DNA of 64,000 bases, from the NCBI GenBank assembly GCA_964519335.1, contig CAZFIA010000005.1:12249-76248 (forward strand). The letters run 5' to 3'. A program made the translations under genes and the position numbers. The notes under the pieces were generated by a model. The model did no database searches, was not told the origin of the DNA, and worked only from the letters and a program-made list of their open reading frames with translations. Shown here piece after piece: positions 35,324 to 44,975 of the stretch (position 1 is its first letter; each line of letters begins with the position of its first letter). The stretch comes from an uncultured Pseudomonadales bacterium. GTDB taxonomy: Bacteria > Pseudomonadota > Gammaproteobacteria > Pseudomonadales > Azotimanducaceae.

Positions 35324-36042
35324 TATCTAACCTGCCGTTTGGTAAGGCCGCCGGCGCGATTCGCTGTGCCCGCGTGGGCGGCGCGCGCGAGGATGCCGGT
35401 GAGTTCATCCGAAAAGGTTTCAAGACGCTTGGTTAGCACTTCTACGCGCGCGGCAAAGCGGTTGTAGCCAATCACCGCTGGAATAGCGGCAAACAGTCCC
35501 ATCGCGGTTGCGACCAACGCCTCAGATATTCCGGGTGCGACTGTCGCAAGCGTGGCCTGACTCATGTTGGCAAGGCTGCGAAACGAATTCATGATTCCCC
35601 AAACCGTGCCAAACAAACCGATATAGGGGCTAGTCGAACCAACCGTCGCAAGAAAAGGAATGTGCCGCTCCATCTTTTCTTCTTCGCGATTTAGCGCCAC
35701 ACGCATCGCGCGCTGACTGCCCTGCAGTATCGCATCGGGGTCAGCATTCGACTGATCAGACAGCCGGCTAAACTCCTTAAAGCCCGCAACAAAGACGTGC
35801 TCATAGCCCTGTAACTCACCTGAAGAGTCATTTACTTCGGTATACAGCTGGCGCAAATCGACGCCCGACCAGAATTCGTCTTCAAACGCATCCATGGATC
35901 GCTGTTGTGCATTGAGTGCAAACCAGCGTTGAAAAATCATGACCCAGGAGATGACGGAAGCGATCAGTAGCACCGCCATCACAATCTGCACCAGCAGGCT
36001 GGCTCCGGAAATCAGTTCAAATATGGAGAGATCTTCAGCCAC
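35323..36042 (-). CDS. tolQ: Tol-Pal system protein TolQ (MotA/ExbB family)
   Basis: 239 aa with three TM segments and the GLFGTVWGIM motif. Confidence 0.95.
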   Translation of the reverse strand: MAEDLSIFELISGASLLVQIVMAVLLIASVISWVMIFQRWFALNAQQRSMDAFEDEFWSGVDLRQLYTEVNDSSGELQGYEHVFVAGFKEFSRLSDQSNADPDAILQGSQRAMRVALNREEEKMERHIPFLATVGSTSPYIGLFGTVWGIMNSFRSLANMSQATLATVAPGISEALVATAMGLFAAIPAVIGYNRFAARVEVLTKRLETFSDELTGILARAAHAGTANRAGGLTKRQVR

Positions 36043-36151
36043 TCGGTATCGCCCCCACTAGGCAGTTAATTCGGAACGAAGGTTACCCGCACGGCGCCTG
36101 AGCGCCAGTCTTCAACGGGGTAATTTAGACGCTCGTTTGAACAAGAGTGGG

Positions 36152-37192
36152 TTAAGAATCACCGCTGGTCTCTTGGACCAACAAAGATTTTGGAGGTTTC
36201 AAGCCAAAATGAGCATATGACTTGCCTGTTGCGACACGACCCCGGGGGGTTCGCATCAGAAAGCCCTGTTGAATCAGGAAAGGCTCAATCACATCTTCAA
36301 TAGTGTCGCGCTCCTCGCCTACAGCTGCTGCCAGCGAGTCGAGTCCAACCGGGCCACCATCAAACTTCTCCATAATGGCGAGCAAAACCCGCCGATCCAT
36401 GCCGTCGAAACCCTCAGCATCCACACTCAGCATGTTGAGCGCCTGGTCAGCAATCTGCTCGCTGATCTGGCCATCGCCTTTAACCTCAGCGTAGTCGCGC
36501 ACTCGCCGCAGCAATCGGTTGGCTATTCTCGGTGTGCCGCGTGAGCGACGCGCAATCTCTCGTGCCCCCGCCGCGTCCAGGTTCAGTTCAAGCTTGCCCG
36601 CCGAGCGGGTGATGATGAGCGCAAGGTCGGCTTGAGAGTAAAAGTCGAGTCGCGCTTGAATGCCAAAACGGTCGCGCAACGGTGACGTCAGCAATCCCGT
36701 TCGAGTGGTGGCACCTACCAATGTAAAACGGGGTAGCTCGAGCTTCAGCGAACGTGCCGCAGGTCCTTCTCCAATCACAATATCGAGTTGATAGTCTTCC
36801 ATGGCCGGGTAGAGAATTTCTTCAACCACAGGATTTAGCCGGTGGATCTCATCCACAAACAAGACATCACCCGCCTCGAGGTTTGTGAGCAAGGCAGCAA
36901 GATCACCCTGACGTTCAAGCACGGGACCCGAAGTCACTTTAAGGTTAGAACTCATTTCATTTGCAATAATGTGCGCAAGCGTGGTTTTACCGAGCCCAGG
37001 AGGACCCGAGATCAGCGTGTGATCGAGTGCCTCGCCGCGTTTCCGCGCCGCTTGAATAAATATACCCATCTGCTCGCGCACGCTTACCTGACCTACATAC
37101 TCGTCAAGTGTCGATGGACGCAACGCGTAATCGAAGCGCGCATCCTCAGACGCAGAGGCAGGCGCAATCAGACGATCGGGTTCAATACTCAC
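36152..37192 (-). CDS. ruvB: Holliday junction branch migration DNA helicase RuvB
   Basis: Walker [16 protein letters not shown], and a start context VSIEPDRLI equivalent to the usual MIEADRLI. I chose GTG 37192, which is 17 nt after the ruvA stop. Confidence 0.95.
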   Translation of the reverse strand: MSIEPDRLIAPASASEDARFDYALRPSTLDEYVGQVSVREQMGIFIQAARKRGEALDHTLISGPPGLGKTTLAHIIANEMSSNLKVTSGPVLERQGDLAALLTNLEAGDVLFVDEIHRLNPVVEEILYPAMEDYQLDIVIGEGPAARSLKLELPRFTLVGATTRTGLLTSPLRDRFGIQARLDFYSQADLALIITRSAGKLELNLDAAGAREIARRSRGTPRIANRLLRRVRDYAEVKGDGQISEQIADQALNMLSVDAEGFDGMDRRVLLAIMEKFDGGPVGLDSLAAAVGEERDTIEDVIEPFLIQQGFLMRTPRGRVATGKSYAHFGLKPPKSLLVQETSGDS

Positions 37193-37211
37193 TGTGATCT
37201 CACACTCAAGG

Positions 37212-37856
37212 TTAGACCTGCCCTTCAGACTTTTGCCCAAGGAACTGCAGCGCAGCGCGGAGCATCGCCTGGGTGTTATCTGTTATGTCAGGATCCTGCG
37301 CTACCTGTTGCACTACTTGCGATGCGTACTGCGGTTTATAGCCCAGCGCCACCAACGCCTCCTCTACCTCATCAATAACCGCCCGCTGGGCTCGTTGCGG
37401 CGATGGCGCCGCAGATTCAAGCGGTTCATCAGGCAATAGATCTTGTCGATTGCGCAGCTCAACCAGTAACCGCTCGGCTGTTTTTTTACCTACTCCCGGC
37501 ACTTTAGTGAGGGCCCGATAGTCGTCATCAGAAACACAGCGGGCGAGATCGCTCGCGCTGTAGGTGCGGAGTATGGCCAACCCCATCTTGGGGCCAACGC
37601 CATTAATTCGAATGAGGTTACGAAACAGGTCGCGCTCGGTTTGCTGGATGAAGCCGTACAGCAGTTGCGCGTCTTCGCGCACCACCAGGTGCGTGTGCAA
37701 AACCAGGTTCTCAGCTTGAACCCCGCCAGCCGTGGGCACACTAAGAGGCATCTGGGCGCCATCAGGTACCTCTATTTCATAGCCCACGCCGCCAACATCA
37801 AGTAGCACGGTGTTTTCGGTCACTTTTAGCAATTGGCCGGTCAGGCGTCCGATCAT
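37212..37856 (-). CDS. ruvA: Holliday junction branch migration complex subunit RuvA
   Basis: 214 aa with MIGRLTG... and HhH motifs ([19 protein letters not shown]). Confidence 0.95.
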   Translation of the reverse strand: MIGRLTGQLLKVTENTVLLDVGGVGYEIEVPDGAQMPLSVPTAGGVQAENLVLHTHLVVREDAQLLYGFIQQTERDLFRNLIRINGVGPKMGLAILRTYSASDLARCVSDDDYRALTKVPGVGKKTAERLLVELRNRQDLLPDEPLESAAPSPQRAQRAVIDEVEEALVALGYKPQYASQVVQQVAQDPDITDNTQAMLRAALQFLGQKSEGQV

Positions 37857-37877
37857 GGGGGTCAGTAATCTCGCTCT

Positions 37878-38381
37878 TTAGCAGACAGGGGCAGTTGCCG
37901 CAGTATTGACGTGGCAGATGGCGATCGCAAGCGCATCAGCGGCGTCTTCGGCCGGGGTGCCTGCCAGCTTAAGCAACACTCGTACCATATGTTGCACCTG
38001 GGCTTTGTCTGCACCGCCTGTCCCCGTTACTGCCAATTTAACTTCGCGCGCAGCGTATTCTGAAACTCCTAACGACGACGCCACAACAGCCGCAATCGCT
38101 ACCCCCCTGGCCTGGCCGAGCTTAAGCGCTGACGATGGGTTCTTGGCTAAAAAGACCCGCTCGATCGCCACCTCATCGGGTTGAAACTCAGCGACAATTT
38201 CGCGTAACCCTTCATAAATAATGCCGAGGCGATCGGGCATTTCGCCAATGCCGCTTTTTATGCAACCGCTACTGATGTACGAGAGTTTTTCGCGGGCCCC
38301 TAATGTCGCCGCAGAAGGAATCTCGATAATCCCGTAGCCCGTGATTCGCGAGCCAGGATCAATGCCAAGAACGCGGGTCAA
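37878..38381 (-). CDS. ruvC: crossover junction endodeoxyribonuclease RuvC
   Basis: 167 aa with [14 protein letters not shown] and DAADALAIA. Confidence 0.95.
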   Translation of the reverse strand: MTRVLGIDPGSRITGYGIIEIPSAATLGAREKLSYISSGCIKSGIGEMPDRLGIIYEGLREIVAEFQPDEVAIERVFLAKNPSSALKLGQARGVAIAAVVASSLGVSEYAAREVKLAVTGTGGADKAQVQHMVRVLLKLAGTPAEDAADALAIAICHVNTAATAPVC

Positions 38382-39121
38382 GACGCCTCAAGCGCACTTT
38401 CCGGGAATTCTCCGTTGCTGTATACGTTTTGCACGTCGTCCAGCTCTTCTAGCGCTTCGATTAGCCGCAGTACTTTTAGTGCATCGTCCTCGCTGCACTC
38501 AACAGTGGTGTCGGGCAGCATGGTTACCTCGGCGTTGTCGGGTGCAAGCTCAGCCGCGCGCAGTGCATCTACAACCTTGCCAAAAGATTCGAAGGTGGTG
38601 AGCACGGTAGCAGCGCCGTCTTCTTCCATTTCAAGATCTTCGGCACCCGCTTCGAGTGCGGCTTCCATTAATTGCTCTTCATCGGCACCTGGTGCATAGC
38701 TGAGCACACCGCGACGCTTAAACAGGTAAGCCACCGAACCATCGGTGCCCAGGTTGCCGTTGTACTTAGTGAACGCGTGTCGAACCTCGGCTACCGTCCG
38801 ATTTTTGTTGTCGGTCATCGCCTCGACTAAAATGGCTACGCCAGCAGTGCCATAACCCTCATACACCAGCTCGTCGGGATCTGTGCCTTCCCCACCACCA
38901 GCGCCGCGGGTAATTGCGCGATCAATAGTGTCGCGTGGCATGTTCGCCGACAGGCCGGTATCCACTGCAGCCCGCAGACGGGGGTTGTCGTTAGGATCGC
39001 CGCCGCCCAGTCGGGCTGCAACGGTAATTTCGCGAATCAGCTTGGTCCACAACTTGCCTCGCTGTGCATCCACCTTCGCCTTTTTGTGTTTGATATTCGC
39101 CCATTTTGAATGGCCCGCCAT
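38378..39121 (-). CDS. yebC: YebC/PmpR-family transcriptional regulator
   Basis: 247 aa with the [15 protein letters not shown] signature. Confidence 0.95.
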   Translation of the reverse strand: MAGHSKWANIKHKKAKVDAQRGKLWTKLIREITVAARLGGGDPNDNPRLRAAVDTGLSANMPRDTIDRAITRGAGGGEGTDPDELVYEGYGTAGVAILVEAMTDNKNRTVAEVRHAFTKYNGNLGTDGSVAYLFKRRGVLSYAPGADEEQLMEAALEAGAEDLEMEEDGAATVLTTFESFGKVVDALRAAELAPDNAEVTMLPDTTVECSEDDALKVLRLIEALEELDDVQNVYSNGEFPESALEAS

Positions 39122-39133
39122 ATCTCTACTCTC

Positions 39134-40900
39134 CTAACTCGCCGCTTTGGGGCGCAAGCGCAAGTGTAGCTCGCCCAACTGAGTCTCGCTAACCTCACTG
39201 GGCGCTTCGGTTAACAGGCAACTCGCGGTTTGGGTTTTCGGAAAAGCGATCACGTCGCGAATCGCATCGGTGCCGGCCATCAACATGGTCAAGCGGTCCA
39301 GGCCAATTGCGATACCCCCATGCGGAGGACAGCCGAACTTAAGCGCGTCGAGCAAAAAGCCAAACTTAACCTGGGCCTGGTTACCCAGCCCGAGGGCTTC
39401 GAACACAGCATCCTGCATGGGTTGCTCGTGGATACGCGCAGAACCGCCGCCGACCTCGTGACCATTCAAGACCACATCGTAGGCGTCCGCCCGAGAAGCC
39501 AACGGATCAGCTTTAAGTTCATCCACACTGCAGGTCGGTCTGGTAAATGGATGATGAACGGAAGTTAGTTCGCCGCCTCGAGCCTTCTCGAACATTGGCC
39601 AATCAATAACCCAAAGCGGCGCAAAACCCTCAGTAATAAGGTTAAGGTCCACGCCTAATTGGTTACGCAGCGCGCCGATCGCGTCATTAACAACGTTGGT
39701 TTTGTCGGCACCAAAGAACACAAGGTCACCCGTTTCGGCACCCGCCCGTTCGAGAACCGCCAATGCAACCTCATCCGGCAAGAATTTCAGTATGGGTGAC
39801 TGCAGACCTTCAACGCCCTTCGCCAGATCATTCACCTTTATATAGGCTAAGCCCTTAGCGCCGTAGCGACCCACAAAATCGGTATAACCATCGATTACTT
39901 TGCGCGTAAGCGCCGCGCCACCCGGTGCCCGCAGCGCTACTACGCGGCTCTGGGGATCGTTGGCCGGCCCGTTAAACACCTTGAACTCTACTTCGCTCAT
40001 AAGATCTGCGATATCGACAAACTGCATGGGGTTGCGCAAGTCGGGCTTGTCGCTGCCGTACAGACGCATGGCCTCACTGTAGGTCATTACCGGAAAGGAG
40101 CCCAAATCGACATCAAGCAGTTTCTTGAATAGCCCGCCGAGCAGCGCCTCCGTCATGTTCATGATGTCGAGCGACGTGATAAAGCTCGCCTCTATATCAA
40201 TCTGCGTAAACTCGGGCTGCCGATCTGCACGCAGATCTTCGTCGCGATAACAGCGTGCGATTTGATAGTACTTGTCGAGCCCCGACATCATCAGCAGCTG
40301 CTTAAACACCTGGGGCGATTGCGGCAGTGCGAAGAACTGCCCAGGTTGAGTCCGGCTCGGTACCAAATAATCCCGGGCGCCTTCTGGTGTCGCTGCAGTA
40401 AGCGTCGGAGTTTCAACATCAAGGTAGCCATCTTCCTCGAGGAAATTTCGAACATAGCTGGTAATTCGCGAGCGCAGGCGCAGGCGCTCTTGCATCTCCG
40501 GGCGTCGTAAATCCATGTAGCGGAACTTGAGGCGGACGTCTTCACCGGCTTCAGAATGCTCGTCGAGCTGAAACGGCGGGGTTGCCGCCACGTTGAGAAT
40601 CTCAAGCTCTGCCCCCAACACCTCGATCTCGCCGGTGACCATATCTGGATTAACTTTGCCTTCCATGCGCGGACGAACCTTGCCCACCATCTTGAGCACA
40701 AACTCGTTGCGCACCCGGTCCGCGGTGGCGAAGCTGTCTTGAACATCGGGGTCATAGACCACCTGAACCAGGCCCGTTCGGTCTCGAACGTCCAGAAATA
40801 TGACGCCGCCGTGGTCTCGCCGACGGTGCACCCAGCCACACAGCTCAACCGTCTCGCCAACGTCAGCCGTAGATATCTCGCCACAATAGTGACTTCGCAT
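39134..40900 (-). CDS. aspS: aspartate--tRNA ligase
   Basis: 588 aa with MRSHYCGE..., the OB-fold, class II motifs ([29 protein letters not shown]) and the bacterial insertion domain. Confidence 0.97.
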   Translation of the reverse strand: MRSHYCGEISTADVGETVELCGWVHRRRDHGGVIFLDVRDRTGLVQVVYDPDVQDSFATADRVRNEFVLKMVGKVRPRMEGKVNPDMVTGEIEVLGAELEILNVAATPPFQLDEHSEAGEDVRLKFRYMDLRRPEMQERLRLRSRITSYVRNFLEEDGYLDVETPTLTAATPEGARDYLVPSRTQPGQFFALPQSPQVFKQLLMMSGLDKYYQIARCYRDEDLRADRQPEFTQIDIEASFITSLDIMNMTEALLGGLFKKLLDVDLGSFPVMTYSEAMRLYGSDKPDLRNPMQFVDIADLMSEVEFKVFNGPANDPQSRVVALRAPGGAALTRKVIDGYTDFVGRYGAKGLAYIKVNDLAKGVEGLQSPILKFLPDEVALAVLERAGAETGDLVFFGADKTNVVNDAIGALRNQLGVDLNLITEGFAPLWVIDWPMFEKARGGELTSVHHPFTRPTCSVDELKADPLASRADAYDVVLNGHEVGGGSARIHEQPMQDAVFEALGLGNQAQVKFGFLLDALKFGCPPHGGIAIGLDRLTMLMAGTDAIRDVIAFPKTQTASCLLTEAPSEVSETQLGELHLRLRPKAAS

Positions 40901-40963
40901 GTTGATAATTCCTTGAGTTAAACCGGAAGATTCTCGCGAACCTTGCGCACGCAGTTTAGACGT

Positions 40964-40996
40964 TCTGCGCTATATCTGCGCTATATCTGCCCTATA
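40964..40996. repeat. 3 x 11 bp perfect-phase tandem repeat upstream of aspS
   Basis: TCTGCGCTATA TCTGCGCTATA TCTGCCCTATA, located 64-96 nt upstream of the aspS start codon (minus strand). Confidence 0.8.
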
Positions 40997-41067
40997 AAGG
41001 GCGATGCTGAAGATGATAGGCGATGCCGCAAGGCGTGATCAGACAGGCCAGCAGGACGCCACTTCGA

Positions 41068-41469
41068 TCAACTAGAGGTTTTGCTGGTCTTCTTGCCGCC
41101 GCTCTTGGCGCCATTCTTACCCGAGCTGGACTTGCCGCTCTTGCCGGATTTGTCATTCTTGCTGGTTTTGTCGCTATTGGCAGATGACGCAGAATCCGAG
41201 CCCCCAGAGGACGACTTCTCGGAGGAATCTGAAGACGAATCAGTTGCGCCATCCGACCCCTCAGTCTTTGCCAAATTCTTCTTATTGCCCGATTTAAAAT
41301 CAGTTTCGTACCAGCCGCCGCCCTTTAAACGGAACCCTGCAGCCGAGATCAGTTTGGTGAGGGATTTCTTGCCGCACTCGGGACACTTCTTGAGGGGCTT
41401 TTCGCTGATCTTCTGTAATGCGTCGAACTGGTGATCACACTTTTCGCACTGGTATTCGTAGATGGGCAT
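41068..41469 (-). CDS. FmdB-family zinc-ribbon protein with a Ser/Gly/Lys-rich tail
   Basis: MPIYEYQCEKCDHQFD...CPECG is the FmdB/CxxC_CxxC_SSSS signature. Roughly the last 70 residues are low-complexity S/G/K/D. Confidence 0.8.
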   Translation of the reverse strand: MPIYEYQCEKCDHQFDALQKISEKPLKKCPECGKKSLTKLISAAGFRLKGGGWYETDFKSGNKKNLAKTEGSDGATDSSSDSSEKSSSGGSDSASSANSDKTSKNDKSGKSGKSSSGKNGAKSGGKKTSKTSS

Positions 41470-41782
41470 ATGGTTATTGGTGTTCTGTTACTAGTTGTCA
41501 CTTGGTTAGCAGCCACATTCTTTTAGAAAAAGAGCCTTTTCAGTTGCGCAGCCACAATCGATTAGGCCAATTATGGCGGTTTTTTATTTATTTTTGGCGT
41601 CTTTTCTAACCTATGCAGAGTAAATTAAGAACCCGACCAACAATCCCCGTTGAAACACAAAATTCCACATAAAGCCTGCTTTTTTATTACTGAAACAGCG
41701 CCGAACAAACCAGAAAAAACAACCACTATTGGGGGAAGTCGATAATATCCAGCGATTTCGCTGGTTTTTCTCAATTACGCGC

Positions 41783-41812
41783 TTGCGATATAGGCAAACA
41801 GTAGGCTATAAA
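41783..41812 (+). promoter_or_regulatory. candidate sigma70-type promoter for the HU-like gene
   Basis: TTGCGA (41783-41788), an 18 nt spacer, then TATAAA (41807-41812), about 100 nt upstream of ATG 41915. This is a sequence-pattern match only. Confidence 0.3.
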
Positions 41813-41914
41813 GCGCTCCATCGGTGAGCGCTGAACAAGCGTTAGCTGAAAAAACTTGGACTTAACCTGGTCTGACACACGTCAGACGCTCTCTCCAAAC
41901 TGAGGACATTATTA

Positions 41915-42364
41915 ATGGCACGCAAACCGGCCAAGAAAAAAGCCGCAAAGCGCAAGGCACCCGCCAAGCGCCGAGCACCGGCAAAGAAATCTCGAGCTAA
42001 AGCGAAGAAGAAGACAGCCAGAAAAGCGGCTACTCCGGCTCGCAAACTAACGTCGATCACGAAAAAGATGACAAAAACGCAGATTTACTCTGAACTCGCG
42101 GACAGCACAGAATTGACCCAGAAGCAGGTGGCTTCAGTATTCGACGAGCTTGAAGTACTCATCGAACGCCATATCAAGAAGCGCGCGGTTGGAGAATTCA
42201 CCCTACCCGGTCTCTTAAAGATCAAGTCAGTGAAGCGTCCTGCTACCAAGAAGCGTCTCGGTCGCAACCCGGCTACCGGCGAAGAGATCTGGATCGGGCC
42301 CAAGCCTGCTTCAATCCGCGCTCGAGTTACCGCACTGAAGAAGCTTAAGGAAATGGTGGGCTAA
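41915..42364 (+). CDS. HU/IHF-family DNA-binding protein with a Lys/Ala/Pro-rich N-terminal extension
   Basis: The C-terminal ~95 aa match the HU fold (MTKTQIYSELA..., GEFTLPGLLKI, R.GRNP.TGEEI.I). The first ~50 aa are AKKKAAKRKAPAKRRAPAKK-type repeats. SD-like GAGGA lies 8 nt upstream of the ATG. Confidence 0.85.
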   Translation: MARKPAKKKAAKRKAPAKRRAPAKKSRAKAKKKTARKAATPARKLTSITKKMTKTQIYSELADSTELTQKQVASVFDELEVLIERHIKKRAVGEFTLPGLLKIKSVKRPATKKRLGRNPATGEEIWIGPKPASIRARVTALKKLKEMVG

Positions 42365-42448
42365 CCGCCGCGAGCCTTCCTTAACTCCCCACAATTGGCG
42401 GAGATAGAGCCTAAATTCGCAAGAATTCCCGGTTCTGTAGCAACAAAA

Positions 42449-42482
42449 GGGCTGCTGAGACTCGTCTCACAGCCCTTTTTTC
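42449..42482 (+). terminator. Rho-independent terminator downstream of the HU-like gene
   Basis: GGGCTG(C)TGAGAC...GTCTCACAGCCC forms a GC-rich hairpin followed by TTTTTT. It is preceded by AAAA, so it may act in both directions. Confidence 0.7.
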
Positions 42483-42571
42483 TGTTTCGCAGCCTGCTAA
42501 GCCCTTAAACTTGCGCCCAAAGCTCGCAGCAAAGGCGGGCCAACCCCACCAACTAATGGAACCTACCCGCC

Positions 42572-44308
42572 ATGCGCGCGAGTCAACTCCTGATCCCCAC
42601 CATGAAGGAAGACCCAGCTGATGCTGACGTGGCTAGCCACCGTCTGATGCTGCGCGCCGGCCTCATTCGCCAGGTTGCCTCGGGTGTTTATACCTGGCTG
42701 CCGCTGGGGGTGAAGGTGTTACACGCAATCCAGTCCATTGTCCGAGAAGAGCTTGAAGTATCAGGTGCACAAGAAGTATTGATGCCGGTCGTGCAGCCTG
42801 CCGCTTTGTGGCGGGAGAGCGGTCGTTGGGATGTCATGGGCCCAGAAATGGCGCGCCTGAAAGACCGGCACGACAATGATTTTTGTCTGTCACCTACCCA
42901 GGAAGAAGTGGTAACTGACCTGGTGCGACGGGAGGTCCATAGCTACAAAGAACTGCCGCGCAATCTATACCAGATACAGACGAAGTTTCGCGACGAGATT
43001 CGACCGCGCTTCGGAGTGATGCGTGCGCGCGAGTTCACGATGAAAGATGGCTACTCGTTTCACATAGATCAAGACAGCTTTGACGCCACCTACAACGAAA
43101 TGCATGCCTGCTACAGCCGCATCCTCAACCGTCTGGGTCTTAAATTTCGCGCGGTAGATGCAGACACGGGCAATATCGGCGGCGATAACTCGCATGAGTT
43201 TCAGGTCCTGGCAGACTCCGGTGAAGACTTAATCGCCTATTCCACCGAATCCGATTACGCCGCCAACCTGGAGAAGGCAATCACGGTGTTTCCAACCGCG
43301 CGCCCCACGCCTGGCACCGATGCCCTTGAGAAAGTTTCGACCCCTGAAGTAAGAACTATCGACGGCGTGGCCAAACTTCTAGACGTTCCGGCCACGCAGT
43401 GCGTCAAAACGCTCTTTGTTGATGGCGAAATCGAGCTCGACGAACAGGCGCCTGACGCCGAGCCGCCGCTGGTAGCACTGGTTCTGCGCGGCGATCATGA
43501 ACTAAACGAACTCAAGGCCGAGAAAATGCAAGGTGTGGCAAGCCCATTGCGCATGGCCGATCCAGCAAAAATTAAGGCGGCGGTGGGCGCAGACGTCGGA
43601 TCGCTGGGGCCAGTAAACCTGCCGTTCAAGTTCTACGTAGATCATAGCGCCGCCCAGCTCAGCGACTTTGTGTGTGGGGCTAACATCGACGAATATCACT
43701 ACATTGGCGTTAACTGGGAACGGGACGCCGCCCTTGAGGATGATCAGATTGTCGATTTGCGCAACGTACAGGAAGGCGAGCCTTCACCAGACGGCAAGGG
43801 CACACTCGCTTTCACGCGCGGCATCGAAGTTGGCCACATTTTTCAACTAGGCACCAAGTATTCTGATGCCCTGGGTGCCACGGTGCTGAACAAGGAAGGC
43901 CGCCAGCAGGTGCTTATCATGGGCTGCTACGGCCTGGGAATCACCCGGCTGGTTGCGGGCATCATCGAACAGTGCCATGACGACAACGGCATTTGCTGGC
44001 CTGAAGCGGTGGCGCCCGCCCATGTTCACATCCTTGCGCTCAACTACGATAAGTCTGACGCGGTGCGCGAGGCATCAGATGCGCTATACGCACAGTGCCG
44101 GGAAGCGGGCTTTCAAGTGCTGCTCGATGACCGCAAGGAACGCCCCGGGGTAAAATTTGCCGACGCTGATCTTCTGGGCATTCCTCATCGGGTAACCATC
44201 GGAGATCGCAATCTGAAAAGCGGTGAGGTTGAATATCAGCGTCGAACCGAAAGCGAGGCTCAGCTTATTAACCCGGCCAGCGTTCTGGAAATACTCGCTT
44301 TAACCTGA
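42572..44308 (+). CDS. proS: proline--tRNA ligase
   Basis: 578 aa with MRASQLLIPTMKE, class II motifs and the bacterial-type INS editing domain length. Confidence 0.97.
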   Translation: MRASQLLIPTMKEDPADADVASHRLMLRAGLIRQVASGVYTWLPLGVKVLHAIQSIVREELEVSGAQEVLMPVVQPAALWRESGRWDVMGPEMARLKDRHDNDFCLSPTQEEVVTDLVRREVHSYKELPRNLYQIQTKFRDEIRPRFGVMRAREFTMKDGYSFHIDQDSFDATYNEMHACYSRILNRLGLKFRAVDADTGNIGGDNSHEFQVLADSGEDLIAYSTESDYAANLEKAITVFPTARPTPGTDALEKVSTPEVRTIDGVAKLLDVPATQCVKTLFVDGEIELDEQAPDAEPPLVALVLRGDHELNELKAEKMQGVASPLRMADPAKIKAAVGADVGSLGPVNLPFKFYVDHSAAQLSDFVCGANIDEYHYIGVNWERDAALEDDQIVDLRNVQEGEPSPDGKGTLAFTRGIEVGHIFQLGTKYSDALGATVLNKEGRQQVLIMGCYGLGITRLVAGIIEQCHDDNGICWPEAVAPAHVHILALNYDKSDAVREASDALYAQCREAGFQVLLDDRKERPGVKFADADLLGIPHRVTIGDRNLKSGEVEYQRRTESEAQLINPASVLEILALT

Positions 44309-44312
44309 GTTA

Positions 44313-44975
44313 ATGCATGCCCCAATGGACAATCAACTAATAATTCTGGGACTAGTGCTGGCACTCTCTGCTCTGCTATCAGGGCCTGCTGCTGCTCTCG
44401 ACAAACAGAAACAGGATCCAGAGTTGCTCGCCAAACTGGGCGAATCACTCACCCAAAAAACTGAGGCAGCCGATCCGTTTGATGCTCAGGTCTGGTTACT
44501 CGCTAACGACACCCGGCTTGCGCGTTACGTGAAAGACGCACCCACACGATTGCGAATACTGCAAAACGTGTATTCGCAAGCCCACAATCAAAATCTCGAC
44601 CCTGATCTGGTGTTGGCCTTAATGCACGTCGAGAGCTTTTTCGATCCCTACGCGATCTCCCGGGTGGGCGCTCAGGGCCTGATGCAAATCATGCCGTTCT
44701 GGCGCAAGGAGCTCGGGCGTAATGATCAGGATAACCTTACCGACATCGAAACCAACATTCGCTACGGCACCACCATTCTTGCCCACTACATTGAACGCTC
44801 CGAAGGCGACCTGGTAGAAGCACTGGGGCGCTACAACGGCAGCAAGGGCCGCATGAGATACCCCGAGCTGGTGTTTGATCGCTGGCGCCGCTTCTGGCAA
44901 AACCGCACGATGGAAGAGCAGCCGGAAATCAGCAAAACCTGTAGCGAGTATCGGTTAAAAGCCTGTCGGCGTTAA
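44313..44975 (+). CDS. lytic transglycosylase domain protein (Slt family)
   Basis: 220 aa with a signal peptide and the catalytic motif MHVESFFDPYAISRVGAQGLMQIMP. Confidence 0.85.
   Translation: MHAPMDNQLIILGLVLALSALLSGPAAALDKQKQDPELLAKLGESLTQKTEAADPFDAQVWLLANDTRLARYVKDAPTRLRILQNVYSQAHNQNLDPDLVLALMHVESFFDPYAISRVGAQGLMQIMPFWRKELGRNDQDNLTDIETNIRYGTTILAHYIERSEGDLVEALGRYNGSKGRMRYPELVFDRWRRFWQNRTMEEQPEISKTCSEYRLKACRR

Noticed and set aside
41842-42060. The 72 aa minus-strand ORF opposite the 5' end of the HU gene.
   Set aside because: It is the antisense translation of the Lys/Ala-rich repeat region (giving a poly-Ala/Phe/Leu string), with no start context or motif.
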